64,000 nucleotides of DNA from Eledone cirrhosa (lineage: Eukaryota), in the NCBI GenBank assembly GCA_964016885.1, contig OZ024758.1, forward strand, positions 35,030,001 to 35,094,000, in the 5' to 3' direction. A program made the position numbers and the translations under genes. Position 1 is the first letter of the stretch. Each line of letters starts with the position of its first letter. Below are positions 12,431 to 26,300 of this stretch, in pieces. The notes under the pieces were generated by a model, which was not told the origin of the DNA, ran no database searches, and worked only from the letters and a program-made list of their open reading frames with translations.

Positions 12431-15400
12431 CTCAACTGTTGGTGAGAATTCATTTAAGTTCATGGTACTAGCTGTCAGAAGTAACCCCAATGTTGGTGAG
12501 AATTCATTTAAGTTCATGGTATTAGCTGTCAGAAGTAACTCCACTGTTGGTGAGAATTCATTTAAGTTCATGGTATTAGCTGTCAGAAGTAACTCCACTG
12601 TTGGTGAGAATTCATTTAAGTTCATGGTACTAGCTGTCAGAAGTAACTCCACTGTTGGTGAGAATTCATTTAAGTTCATGGTACTAGCTGTCAGAAGTAA
12701 CTCCATTGTTGGTGAGAATTCATTTAAGTCATGGTACTAGCTGTCAGAAGTAACTCCACTGTTGGTGAGAATTCATTTAAGTTCATGGTATTAGCTGTCA
12801 GAAGGAACTCCACTGTTGGTGAGAATTCATTTAAGTTCATGGTATTAGCTGTCAGAAGTAACTCCACTGTTGGTGAGAATTCATTTAAGTTCATGGTACT
12901 AGCTGTCAGAAGGAATCCACTGTTGGTGAGAATTCATTTAAGTTCATGGTATTAGCTGTCAGAAGTAACTCCAATGTTGGTGAGAATTCATTTAAGTCAT
13001 GGTACTAGCTGTCAGAAGTAACTCCACTGTTGGTGAGAATTCATATAAGTTCATGGTATTAGCTGTCAGAAGGAACTCCACAGTTGGTGAGAATTCATTT
13101 AAGTTCATGGTATTAGCTGTCAGAAGTCACTCCACTGTTGGTGAGAATTCATTTAAGTTCATGGTACTAGCTGTCAGAAGTAACTCCACTGTTGGTGAGA
13201 ATTCATTTAAGTTCATGGTACTAGCTGTCAGAAGTAACTCAACTGTTGGTGAGAATTCATTTAAGTTCATGGTACTAGCTGTCAGAAGGAATCCACTGTT
13301 GGTGAGAATTCATTTAAGTTCATGGTATTAGCTGTCAGAAGTAACTCCAATGTTGGTGAGAATTCATTTAAGTCATGGTACTAGCAGTCAGAAGTAACTC
13401 CACTGTTGGTGAGAATTCATATAAGTTCATGGTATTAGCTGTCAGAAGGAACTCCACAGTTGGTGAGAATTCATTTAAGTTCATGGTATTAGCTGTCAGA
13501 AGTCACTCCACTGTTGGTGAGAATTCATTTAAGTTCATGGTACTAGCTGTCAGAAGTAACTCCACTGTTGGTGAGAATTCATTTAAGTTCATGGTATTAG
13601 CTGTCAGAAGTAACTCCACTGTTGGTGAGAATTCATTTAAGTTCATGGTATTAGCTGTCAGAAGTAACTCCACTGTTGGTGAGAATTCATTTAAGTTCAT
13701 GGTATTAGCTGTCAGAAGTAACTCCACTGTTGGTGAGAATTCATTTAAGTTCATGGTACTAGCTGTCAGAAGTAACTCCACTGTTGGTGAGAATTAATTT
13801 AAGTTCATGGTATTAGCTGTCAAAAGTAACTCCACTGTTGGTGAGAATTCATTTAAGTCATGGTATTAGCTGTCAGAAGTAACTCCATTGTTGGTGAGAA
13901 TTCATTTAAGTCATGGTACTAGCTGTCAGAAGTAACTCCACTGTTGGTGAGAATTCATTTAAGTTCATGGTATTAGCTGTCAGAAGGAACTCCACTGTTG
14001 GTGAGAATTCATTTAAGTTCATGGTACTAGCTGTCAGAAGGAATCCACTGTTGGTGAGAATTCATTTATGTTCATGGTATTAGCTGTCAGAAGTAACTCC
14101 AATGTTGGTGAGAATTCATTTAAGTCATGGTACTAGCTGTCAGAAGTAACTCCACTGTTGGTGAGAATTCATATAAGTTCATGGTATTAGCTGTCAGAAG
14201 GAACTCCACAGTTGGTGAGAATTCATTTAAGTTCATGGTATTAGCTGTCAGAAGTAACTCCAATGTTGGTGAGAATTCATTTAAGTTCATGGTATTAGCT
14301 GTCAGAAGTAACTCCACTGTTGGTGAGAATTCATTTAAGTTCATGGTATTAGCTGTCAGAAGTAACTCCACTGTTGGTGAGAATTCATTTAAGTTCATGG
14401 TACTAGCTGTCAGAAGTAACTCCACTGTTGGTGAGAATTCATTTAAGTTCATGGTACTAGCTGTCAGAAGTAACTCCACTGTTGGTGAGAATTCATTTAA
14501 GTTCATGGTACTAGCTGTCAGAAGTAACTCAACTGTTGGTGAGAATTCATTTAAGTTCATGGTACTAGCTGTCAGAAGTAACCCCAATGTTGGTGAGAAT
14601 TCATTTAAGTTCATGGTATTAGCTGTCAGAAGTAACTCCACTGTTGGTGAGAATTCATTTAAGTTCATGGTATTAGCTGTCAGAAGTAACTCCACTGTTG
14701 GTGAGAATTCATTTAAGTTCATGGTACTAGCTGTCAGAAGTAACTCCACTGTTGGTGAGAATTCATTTAAGTTCATGGTACTAGCTGTCAGAAATAACTC
14801 CATTGTTGGTGAGAATTCATTTAAGTCATGGTACTAGCTGTCAGAAGTAACTCCACTGTTGGTGAGAATTCATTTAAGTTCATGGTATTAGCTGTCAGAA
14901 GTAACTCCAATGTTGGTGAGAATTCATTTAAGTCATGGTACTAGCTGTCAGAAGTAACTCCACTGTTGGTGAGAATTCATATAAGTTCATGGTATTAGCT
15001 GTCAGAAGGAACTCCACAGTTGGTGAGAATTCATTTAAGTTCATGGTATTAGCTGTCAGAAGTAACTCCAATGTTGGTGAGAATTCATTTAAGTTCATGG
15101 TATTAGCTGTCAGAAGTAACTCCACTGTTGGTGAGAATTCATTTAAGTTCATGGTACTAGCTGTCAGAAGTAACTCCACTGTTGGTGAGAATTCATATAA
15201 GTTCATGGTATTAGCTGTCAGAAGGAACTCCACAGTTGGTGAGAATTCATTTAAGTTCATGGTATTAGCTGTCAGAAGTAACTCCAATGTTGGTGAGAAT
15301 TCATTTAAGTTCATGGTATTAGCTGTCAGAAGTAACTCCACTGTTGGTGAGAATTCATTTAAGTTCATGGTATTAGCTGTCAGAAGTAACTCCACTGTTG

Positions 15401-17599
15401 GTGAGAATTCATTTAAGTTCATGGTACTAGCTGTCAGAAGTAACTCCACTGTTGGTGAGAATTCATTTAAGTTCATGGTACTAGCTGTCAGAAGTAACCC
15501 CAATGTTGGTGAGAATTCATTTAAGTTCATGGTATTAGCTGTCAGAAGTCACTCCACTGTTGGTGAGAATTCATTTAAGTTCATGGTACTAGCTGTCAGA
15601 AGTAACTCCACTGTTGGTGAGAATTCATTTAAGTTCATGGTACTAGCTGTCAGAAGTAACTCAACTGTTGGTGAGAATTCATTTAAGTTCATGGTACTAG
15701 CTGTCAGAAGTAACCCCAATGTTGGTGAGAATTCATTTAAGTTCATGGTATTAGCTGTCAGAAGTAACTCCACTGTTGGTGAGAATTCATTTAAGTTCAT
15801 GGTATTAGCTGTCAGAAGTAACTCCACTGTTGGTGAGAATTCATTTAAGTTCATGGTACTAGCTGTCAGAAGTAACTCCACTGTTGGTGAGAATTCATTT
15901 AAGTTCATGGTACTAGCTGTCAGAAGTAACTCCATTGTTGGTGAGAATTCATTTAAGTCATGGTACTAGCTGTCAGAAGTAACTCCACTGTTGGTGAGAA
16001 TTCATTTAAGTTCATGGTATTAGCTGTCAGAAGGAACTCCACTGTTGGTGAGAATTCATTTAAGTTCATGGTATTAGCTGTCAGAAGTAACTCCACTGTT
16101 GGTGAGAATTCATTTAAGTTCATGGTACTAGCTGTCAGAAGGAATCCACTGTTGGTGAGAATTCATTTAAGTTCATGGTATTAGCTGTCAGAAGTAACTC
16201 CAATGTTGGTGAGAATTCATTTAAGTCATGGTACTAGCTGTCAGAAGTAACTCCACTGTTGGTGAGAATTCATATAAGTTCATGGTATTAGCTGTCAGAA
16301 GGAACTCCACAGTTGGTGAGAATTCATTTAAGTTCATGGTATTAGCTGTCAGAAGTAACTCCAATGTTGGTGAGAATTCATTTAAGTTCATGGTATTAGC
16401 TGTCAGAAGTAACTCCACTGTTGGTGAGAATTCATTTAAGTTCATGGTACTAGCTGTCAGAAGTAACTCCACTGTTGGTGAGAATTCATTTAAGTTCATG
16501 GTACTAGCTGTCAGATGTAACCACAGTGTTGGTGAGAATTCATTTAAGTTCATGGTACTAGCTGTCAGAAGTAACTCCACTGTTGGTGAGAATTCATTTA
16601 AGTTCATGGTACTAGCTGTCAGAAGTAACTCAACTGTTGGTGAGAATTCATTTAAGTTCATGGTACTAGCTGTCAGAAGTAACCCCAATGTTGGTGAGAA
16701 TTCATTTAAGTTCATGGTATTAGCTGTCAGAAGTCACTCCACTGTTGGTTAGAATTCATTTAAGTTCATGGTATTAGCTGTCAGAAGTAACTCCACTGTT
16801 GGTGAGAATTCATTTAAGTTCATGGTATTAGCTGTCAGAAGTAACTCCACTGTTGGTGAGAATTCATTTAAGTTCATGGTATTAGCTGTCAGAAGTAACT
16901 CCACTGTTGGTGAGAATTCATTTAAGTTCATGGTATTAGCTGTCAGAAGTAACTCCACTGTTGGTGAGAATTAATTTAAGTTCATGGTATTAGCTGTCAG
17001 AAGTAACTCCACTGTTGGTGAGAATTCATTTAAGTCATGGTATTAGCTGTCAGAAGTAACTCCATTGTTGGTGAGAATTCATTTAAGTCATGGTACTAGC
17101 TGTCAGAAGTAACTCCACTGTTGGTGTGAATTCATTTAAGTTCATGGTATTAGCTGTCAGAAGGAACTCCACTGTTGGTGAGAATTCATTTAAGTTCATG
17201 GTATTAGCTGTCAGAAGTAACTCCACTGTTGGTGAGAATTCATTTAAGTTCATGGTACTAGCTGTCAGAAGTAACTCCACTGTTGGTGAGAATTCATTTA
17301 AGTTCATGGTACTAGCTGTCAGAAGGAATCCACTGTTGGTGAGAATTCATTTAAGTTCATGGTATTAGCTGTCAGAAGTAACTCCAATGTTGGTGAGAAT
17401 TCATTTAAGTCATGGTACTAGCTGTCAGAAGTAACTCCACTGTTGGTGAGAATTCATATAAGTTCATGGTATTAGCTGTCAGAAGGAACTCCACAGTTGG
17501 TGAGAATTCATTTAAGTTCATGGTATTAGCTGTCAGAAGTAACTCCAATGTTGGTGAGAATTCATTTAAGTTCATGGTATTAGCTGTCATAAGTAACTC

Positions 17600-19897
17600 C
17601 ACTGTTGGTGAGAATTCATTTAAGTTCATGGTACTAGCTGTCAGAAGTAACTCCACTGTTGGTGAGAATTCATTTAAGTTCATGGTACTAGCTGTCAGAA
17701 GTAACCCCAATGTTGGTGAGAATTCATTTAAGTTCATGGTATTAGCTGTCAGAAGTCACTCCACTGTTGGTGAGAATTCATTTAAGTTCATGGTACTAGC
17801 TGTCAGAAGTAACTCCACTGTTGGTGAGAATTCATTTAAGTTCATGGTACTAGCTGTCAGAAGTAACTCAACTGTTGGTGAGAATTCATTTAAGTTCATG
17901 GTACTAGCTGTCAGAAGTAACCCCAATGTTGGTGAGAATTCATTTAAGTTCATGGTATTAGCTGTCAGAAGTAACTCCACTGTTGGTGAGAATTCATTTA
18001 AGTTCATGGTACTAGCTGTCAGAAGTAACTCCACTGTTGGTGAGAATTCATTTAAGTTCATGGTACTAGCTGTCAGAAGTAACCCCAATGTTGGTGAGAA
18101 TTCATTTAAGTTCATGGTATTAGCTGTCAGAAGTAACTCCACTGTTGGTGAGAATTCATTTAAGTTCATGGTACTAGCTGTCAGAAGTAACCCCAATGTT
18201 GGTGAGAATTCATTTAAGTTCATGGTACTAGCTGTCAGAAGTAACCCCAATGTTGGTGAGAATTCATTTAAGTTCATGGTATTAGCTGTCAGAAGTCACT
18301 CCACTGTTGGTGAGAATTCATTTAAGTTCATGGTATTAGCTGTCAGAAGTAACTCCACTGTTGGTGAGAATTCATTTAAGTTCATGGTATTAGCTGTCAG
18401 AAGTAACTCCACTGTTGGTGAGAATTCATTTAAGTTCATGGTATTAGCTGTCAGAAGTAACTCCACTGTTGGTGAGAATTCATTTAAGTTCATGGTATTA
18501 GCTGTCAGAAGTAACTCCACTGTTGGTGAGAATTAATTTAAGTTCATGGTATTAGCTGTCAGAAGTAACTCCACTGTTGGTGGGAATTCATTTAAGTCAT
18601 GGTATTAGCTGTCAGAAGTAACTCCATTGTTGGTGAGAATTCATTTAAGTCATGGTACTAGCTGTCAGAAGTAACTCCACTGTTGGTGAGAATTCATTTA
18701 AGTTCATGGTATTAGCTGTCAGAAGGAACTCCACTGTTGGTGAGAATTCATTTAAGTTCATGGTACTAGCTGTCAGAAGTAACTCCACTGTTGGTGAGAA
18801 TTCATTTAAGTTCATGGTACTAGCTGTCAGAAGTAACCCCAATGTTGGTGAGAATTCATTTAAGTTCATGGTATTAGCTGTCAGAAGTCACTCCACTGTT
18901 GGTGAGAATTCATTTAAGTTCATGGTACTAGCTGTCAGAAGTAACTCCACTGTTGGTGAGAATTCATTTAAGTTCATGGTACTAGCTGTCAGAAGTAACT
19001 CAACTGTTGGTGAGAATTCATTTAAGTTCATGGTACTAGCTGTCAGAAGTAACCCCAATGTTGGTGAGAATTCATTTAAGTTCATGGTATTAGCTGTCAG
19101 AAGTAACTCCACTGTTGGTGAGAATTCATTTAAGTTCATGGTACTAGCTGTCAGAAGTAACTCCACTGTTGGTGAGAATTCATTTAAGTTCATGGTACTA
19201 GCTGTCAGAAGTAACCCCAATGTTGGTGAGAATTCATTTAAGTTCATGGTATTAGCTGTCAGAAGTAACTCCACTGTTGGTGAGAATTCATTTAAGTTCA
19301 TGGTACTAGCTGTCAGAAGTAACCCCAATGTTGGTGAGAATTCATTTAAGTTCATGGTACTAGCTGTCAGAAGTAACCCCAATGTTGGTGAGAATTCATT
19401 TAAGTTCATGGTATTAGCTGTCAGAAGTCACTCCACTGTTGGTGAGAATTCATTTAAGTTCATGGTATTAGCTGTCAGAAGTAACTCCACTGTTGGTGAG
19501 AATTCATTTAAGTTCATGGTATTAGCTGTCAGAAGTAACTCCACTGTTGGTGAGAATTCATTTAAGTTCATGGTATTAGCTGTCAGAAGTAACTCCACTG
19601 TTGGTGAGAATTCATTTAAGTTCATGGTATTAGCTGTCAGAAGTAACTCCACTGTTGGTGAGAATTAATTTAAGTTCATGGTATTAGCTGTCAGAAGTAA
19701 CTCCACTGTTGGTGGGAATTCATTTAAGTCATGGTATTAGCTGTCAGAAGTAACTCCATTGTTGGTGAGAATTCATTTAAGTCATGGTACTAGCTGTCAG
19801 AAGTAACTCCACTGTTGGTGAGAATTCATTTAAGTTCATGGTATTAGCTGTCAGAAGGAACTCCACTGTTGGTGAGAATTCATTTAAGTTCATGGTA
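17600..19897. repeat. Tandem duplication, period 1132 bp (21 monomers)
   Basis: GGTGGGAATT lies at 18583/19715, and ORFs 17756/18888 and 18296/19428 are identical. 21x54-2=1132. Confidence 0.88.
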
Positions 19898-20329
19898 TTA
19901 GCTGTCAGAAGTAACTCCACTGTTGGTGAGAATTCATTTAAGTTCATGGTACTAGCTGTCAGAAGTAACCCCAATGTTGGTGAGAATTCATTTAAGTTCA
20001 TGGTATTAGCTGTCAGAAGTCACATCACTGTTGGTGAGAATTCATTTAAGTTCATGGTACTAGCTGTCAGAAGTAACTCCACTGTTGGTGAGAATTCATT
20101 TAAGTTCATGGTACTAGCTGTCAGAAGTAACTCCACTGTTGGTGAGAATTCATTTAAGTTCATGGTACTAGCTGTCAGAAGGAATCCACTGTTGGTGAGA
20201 ATTCATTTAAGTTCATGGTATTAGCTGTCAGAAGTAACTCCAATGTTGGTGAGAATTCATTTAAGTCATGGTACTAGCTGTCAGAAGTAACTCCACTGTT
20301 GGTGAGAATTCATATAAGTTCATGGTATT

Positions 20330-23300
20330 AGCTGTCAGAAGTAACTCCAATGTTGGTGAGAATTCATTTAAGTTCATGGTATTAGCTGTCAGAAGTAACT
20401 CCACTGTTGGTGAGAATTCATTTAAGTTCATGGTACTAGCTGTCAGAAGTAACTCCACTGTTGGTGAGAATTCATTTAAGTTCATGGTATTAGCTGTCAG
20501 AAGTAACTCCATTGTTGGTGAGAATTCATTTAAGTCATGGTACTAGCTGTCAGAAGTAACCCCAATGTTGGTGAGAATTCATTTAAGTTCATGGTACTAG
20601 CTGTCAGAAGTAACCCCAATGTTGGTGAGAATTCATTTAAGTTCATGGTATTAGCTGTCAGAAGTCACTCCACTGTTGGTGAGAATTCATTTAAGTTCAT
20701 GGTATTAGCTGTCAGAAGTAACTCCACTGTTGGTGAGAATTCATTTAAGTTCATGGTACTAGCTGTCAGAAGTAACTCCACTGTTGGTGAGAATTCATTT
20801 AAGTTCATGGTACTAGCTGTCAGAAGTAACCCCAATGTTGGTGAGAATTCATTTAAGTTCATGGTATTAGCTGTCAGAAGTCACTCCACTGTTGGTGAGA
20901 ATTCATTTAAGTTCATGGTACTAGCTGTCAGAAGTAACTCCACTGTTGGTGAGAATTCATTTAAGTTCATGGTACTAGCTGTCAGAAGTAACTCAACTGT
21001 TGGTGAGAATTCATTTAAGTTCATGGTACTAGCTGTCAGAAGTAACCCCAATGTTGGTGAGAATTCATTTAAGTTCATGGTATTAGCTGTCAGAAGTAAC
21101 TCCACTGTTGGTGAGAATTCATTTAAGTTCATGGTACTAGCTGTCAGAAGTAACTCCACTGTTGGTGAGAATTCATTTAAGTTCATGGTACTACCTGTCA
21201 GAAGTAACCCCAATGTTGGTGAGAATTCATTTAAGTTCATGGTATTAGCTGTCAGAAGTAACTCCACTGTTGGTGAGAATTCATTTAAGTTCATGGTACT
21301 AGCTGTCAGAAGTAACCCCAATGTTGGTGAGAATTCATTTAAGTTCATGGTACTAGCTGTCAGAAGTAACCCCAATGTTGGTGAGAATTCATTTAAGTTC
21401 ATGGTATTAGCTGTCAGAAGTCACTCCACTGTTGGTGAGAATTCATTTAAGTTCATGGTATTAGCTGTCAGAAGTAACTCCACTGTTGGTGAGAATTCAT
21501 TTAAGTTCATGGTATTAGCTGTCAGAAGTAACTCCACTGTTGGTGAGAATTAATTTAAGTTCATGGTATTAGCTGTCAGAAGTAACTCCACTGTTGGTGG
21601 GAATTCATTTAAGTCATGGTATTAGCTGTCAGAAGTAACTCCATTGTTGGTGAGAATTCATTTAAGTCATGGTACTAGCTGTCAGAAGTAACTCCACTGT
21701 TGGTGAGAATTCATTTAAGTTCATGGTATTAGCTGTCAGAAGGAACTCCACTGTTGGTGAGAATTCATTTAAGTTCATGGTATTAGCTGTCAGAAGTAAC
21801 TCCACTGTTGGTGAGAATTCATTTAAGTTCATGGTACTAGCTGTCAGAAGTAACTCCACTGTTGGTGAGAATTCATTTAAGTTCATGGTACTAGCTGTCA
21901 GAAGGAATCCACTGTTGGTGAGAATTCATTTAAGTTCATGGTATTAGCTGTCAGAAGTAACTCCAATGTTGGTGAGAATTCATTTAAGTCATGGTACTAG
22001 CTGTCAGAAGTAACTCCACTGTTGGTGAGAATTCATATAAGTTCATGGTATTAGCTGTCAGAAGGAACTCCACAGTTGGTGAGAATTCATTTAAGTTCAT
22101 GGTATTAGCTGTCAGAAGTAACTCCAATGTTGGTGAGAATTCATTTAAGTTCATGGTATTAGCTGTCAGAAGTAACTCCACTGTTGGTGAGAATTCATTT
22201 AAGTTCATGGTACTAGCTGTCAGAAGTAACTCCACTGTTGGTGAGAATTCATTTAAGTTCATGGTACTAGCTGTCAGAAGGAATCCACTGTTGGTGAGAA
22301 TTCATTTAAGTTCATGGTATTAGCTGTCAGAAGTAACTCCAATGTTGGTGAGAATTCATTTAAGTTCATGGTATTAGCTGTCAGAAGTAACTCCACTGTT
22401 GGTGAGAATTCATATAAGTTCATGGTATTAGCTGTCAGAAGGAACTCCACAGTTGGTGAGAATTCATTTAAGTTCATGGTATTAGCTGTCAGAAGTAACT
22501 CCAATGTTGGTGAGAATTCATTTAAGTTCATGGTATTAGCTGTCAGAAGTAACTCCACTGTTGGTGAGAATTCATTTAAGTTCATGGTACTAGCTGTCAG
22601 AAGTAACTCCACTGTTGGTGAGAATTCATTTAAGTTCATGGTACTAGCTGTCAGAAGTAACCCCAATGTTGGTGAGAATTCATTTAAGTACATGGTATTA
22701 GCTGTCAGAAGTCACTCCACTGTTGGTGAGAATTCATTTAAGTTCATGGTACTAGCTGTCAGAAGTAACTCCACTGTTGGTGAGAATTCATTTAAGTTCA
22801 TGGTACTAGCTGTCAGAAGTAACTCAACTGTTGGTGAGAATTCATTTAAGTTCATGGTACTAGCTGTCAGAAGTAACCCCAATGTTGGTGAGAATTCATT
22901 TAAGTTCATGGTACTAGCTGTCAGAAGTAACTCCACTGTTGGTGAGAATTCATTTAAGTTCATGGTACTAGCTGTCAGAAGTAACCCCAATGTTGGTGAG
23001 AATTCATTTAAGTTCATGGTACTAGCTGTCAGAAGTAACCCCAATGTTGGTGAGAATTCATTTAAGTTCATGGTACTAGCTGTCAGAAGTAACTCAACTG
23101 TTGGTGAGAATTCATTTAAGTTCATGGTACTAGCTGTCAGAAGTAACTCCACTGTTGGTGAGAATTCATTTAAGTTCATGGTACTAGCTGTCAGAAGTAA
23201 CTCCACTGTTGGTGAGAATTCATTTAAGTTCATGGTACTAGCTGTCAGAAGTAACCCCAATGTTGGTGAGAATTCATTTAAGTTCATGGTATTAGCTGTC

Positions 23301-26300
23301 AGAAGTCACTCCACTGTTGGTGAGAATTCATTTAAGTTCATGGTACTAGCTGTCAGAAGTAACTCCACTGTTGGTGAGAATTCATTTAAGTTCATGGTAC
23401 TAGCTGTCAGAAGTAACTCAACTGTTGGTGAGAATTCATTTAAGTTCATGGTACTAGCTGTCAGAAGTAACCCCAATGTTGGTGAGAATTCATTTAAGTT
23501 CATGGTATTAGCTGTCAGAAGTAACTCCACTGTTGGTGAGAATTCATTTAAGTTCATGGTACTAGCTGTCAGAAGTAACTCCACTGTTGGTGAGAATTCA
23601 TTTAAGTTCATGGTACTAGCTGTCAGAAGTAACCCCAATGTTGGTGAGAATTCATTTAAGTTCATGGTATTAGCTGTCAGAAGTAACTCCACTGTTGGTG
23701 AGAATTCATTTAAGTTCATGGTACTAGCTGTCAGAAGTAACCCCAATGTTGGTGAGAATTCATTTAAGTTCATGGTACTAGCTGTCAGAAGTAACCCCAA
23801 TGTTGGTGAGAATTCATTTAAGTTCATGGTATTAGCTGTCAGAAGTCACTCCACTGTTGGTGAGAATTCATTTAAGTTCATGGTATTAGCTGTCAGAAGT
23901 AACTCCACTGTTGGTGAGAATTCATTTAAGTTCATGGTATTAGCTGTCAGAAGTAACTCCACTGTTGGTGAGAATTCATTTAAGTTCATGGTATTAGCTG
24001 TCAGAAGTAACTCCACTGTTGGTGAGAATTCATTTAAGTTCATGGTATTAGCTGTCAGAAGTAACTCCACTGTTGGTGAGAATTAATTTAAGTTCATGGT
24101 ATTAGCTGTCAGAAGTAACTCCACTGTTGGTGGGAATTCATTTAAGTCATGGTATTAGCTGTCAGAAGTAACTCCATTGTTGGTGAGAATTCATTTAAGT
24201 CATGGTACTAGCTGTCAGAAGTAACTCCACTGTTGGTGAGAATTCATTTAAGTTCATGGTATTAGCTGTCAGAAGGAACTCCACTGTTGGTGAGAATTCA
24301 TTTAAGTTCATGGTACTAGCTGTCAGAAGTAACTCCACTGTTGGTGAGAATTCATTTAAGTTCATGGTACTAGCTGTCAGAAGTAACCCCAATGTTGGTG
24401 AGAATTCATTTAAGTTCATGGTATTAGCTGTCAGAAGTCACTCCACTGTTGGTGAGAATTCATTTAAGTTCATGGTACTAGCTGTCAGAAGTAACTCCAC
24501 TGTTGGTGAGAATTCATTTAAGTTCATGGTACTAGCTGTCAGAAGTAACCCCAATGTTGGTGAGAATTCATTTAAGTTCATGGTATTAGCTGTCAGAAGT
24601 AACTCCACTGTTGGTGAGAATTCATTTAAGTTCATGGTACTAGCTGTCAGAAGTAACCCCAATGTTGGTGAGAATTCATTTAAGTTCATGGTACTAGCTG
24701 TCAGAAGTAACCCCAATGTTGGTGAGAATTCATTTAAGTTCATGGTATTAGCTGTCAGAAGTCACTCCACTGTTGGTGAGAATTCATTTAAGTTCATGGT
24801 ATTAGCTGTCAGAAGTAACTCCACTGTTGGTGAGAATTCATTTAAGTTCATGGTATTAGCTGTCAGAAGTAACTCCACTGTTGGTGAGAATTCATTTAAG
24901 TTCATGGTATTAGCTGTCAGAAGTAACTCCACTGTTGGTGAGAATTCATTTAAGTTCATGGTATTAGCTGTCAGAAGTAACTCCACTGTTGGTGAGAATT
25001 AATTTAAGTTCATGGTATTAGCTGTCAGAAGTAACTCCACTGTTGGTGGGAATTCATTTAAGTCATGGTATTAGCTGTCAGAAGTAACTCCATTGTTGGT
25101 GAGAATTCATTTAAGTCATGGTACTAGCTGTCAGAAGTAACTCCACTGTTGGTGAGAATTCATTTAAGTTCATGGTATTAGCTGTCAGAAGGAACTCCAC
25201 TGTTGGTGAGAATTCATTTAAGTTCATGGTATTAGCTGTCAGAAGTAACTCCACTGTTGGTGAGAATTCATTTAAGTTCATGGTACTAGCTGTCAGAAGT
25301 AACCCCAATGTTGGTGAGAATTCATTTAAGTTCATGGTATTAGCTGTCAGAAGTCACATCACTGTTGGTGAGAATTCATTTAAGTTCATGGTACTAGCTG
25401 TCAGAAGTAACTCCACTGTTGGTGAGAATTCATTTAAGTTCATGGTACTAGCTGTCAGAAGTAACTCCACTGTTGGTGAGAATTCATTTAAGTTCATGGT
25501 ACTAGCTGTCAGAAGGAATCCACTGTTGGTGAGAATTCATTTAAGTTCATGGTATTAGCTGTCAGAAGTAACTCCAATGTTGGTGAGAATTCATTTAAGT
25601 CATGGTACTAGCTGTCAGAAGTAACTCCACTGTTGGTGAGAATTCATATAAGTTCATGGTATTAGCTGTCAGAAGGAACTCCACAGTTGGTGAGAATTCA
25701 TTTAAGTTCATGGTATTAGCTGTCAGAAGTAACTCCAATGTTGGTGAGAATTCATTTAAGTTCATGGTATTAGCTGTCAGAAGTAACTCCACTGTTGGTG
25801 AGAATTCATTTAAGTTCATGGTACTAGCTGTCAGAAGTAACTCCACTGTTGGTGAGAATTCATTTAAGTTCATGGTATTAGCTGTCAGAAGTAACTCCAT
25901 TGTTGGTGAGAATTCATTTAAGTCATGGTACTAGCTGTCAGAAGTAACCCCAATGTTGGTGAGAATTCATTTAAGTTCATGGTACTAGCTGTCAGAAGTA
26001 ACCCCAATGTTGGTGAGAATTCATTTAAGTTCATGGTATTAGCTGTCAGAAGTCACTCCACTGTTGGTGAGAATTCATTTAAGTTCATGGTATTAGCTGT
26101 CAGAAGTAACTCCACTGTTGGTGAGAATTCATTTAAGTTCATGGTACTAGCTGTCAGAAGTAACTCCACTGTTGGTGAGAATTCATTTAAGTTCATGGTA
26201 CTAGCTGTCAGAAGTAACCCCAATGTTGGTGAGAATTCATTTAAGTTCATGGTATTAGCTGTCAGAAGTCACTCCACTGTTGGTGAGAATTCATTTAAGT

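Noticed and set aside
16522-16528. Perfect V(D)J RSS heptamer CACAGTG, plus near-heptamers CACTGTT/CACAGTT in the monomers
   Set aside because: There is no ACAAAAACC-like nonamer at 12- or 23-bp spacing and no gene segment.
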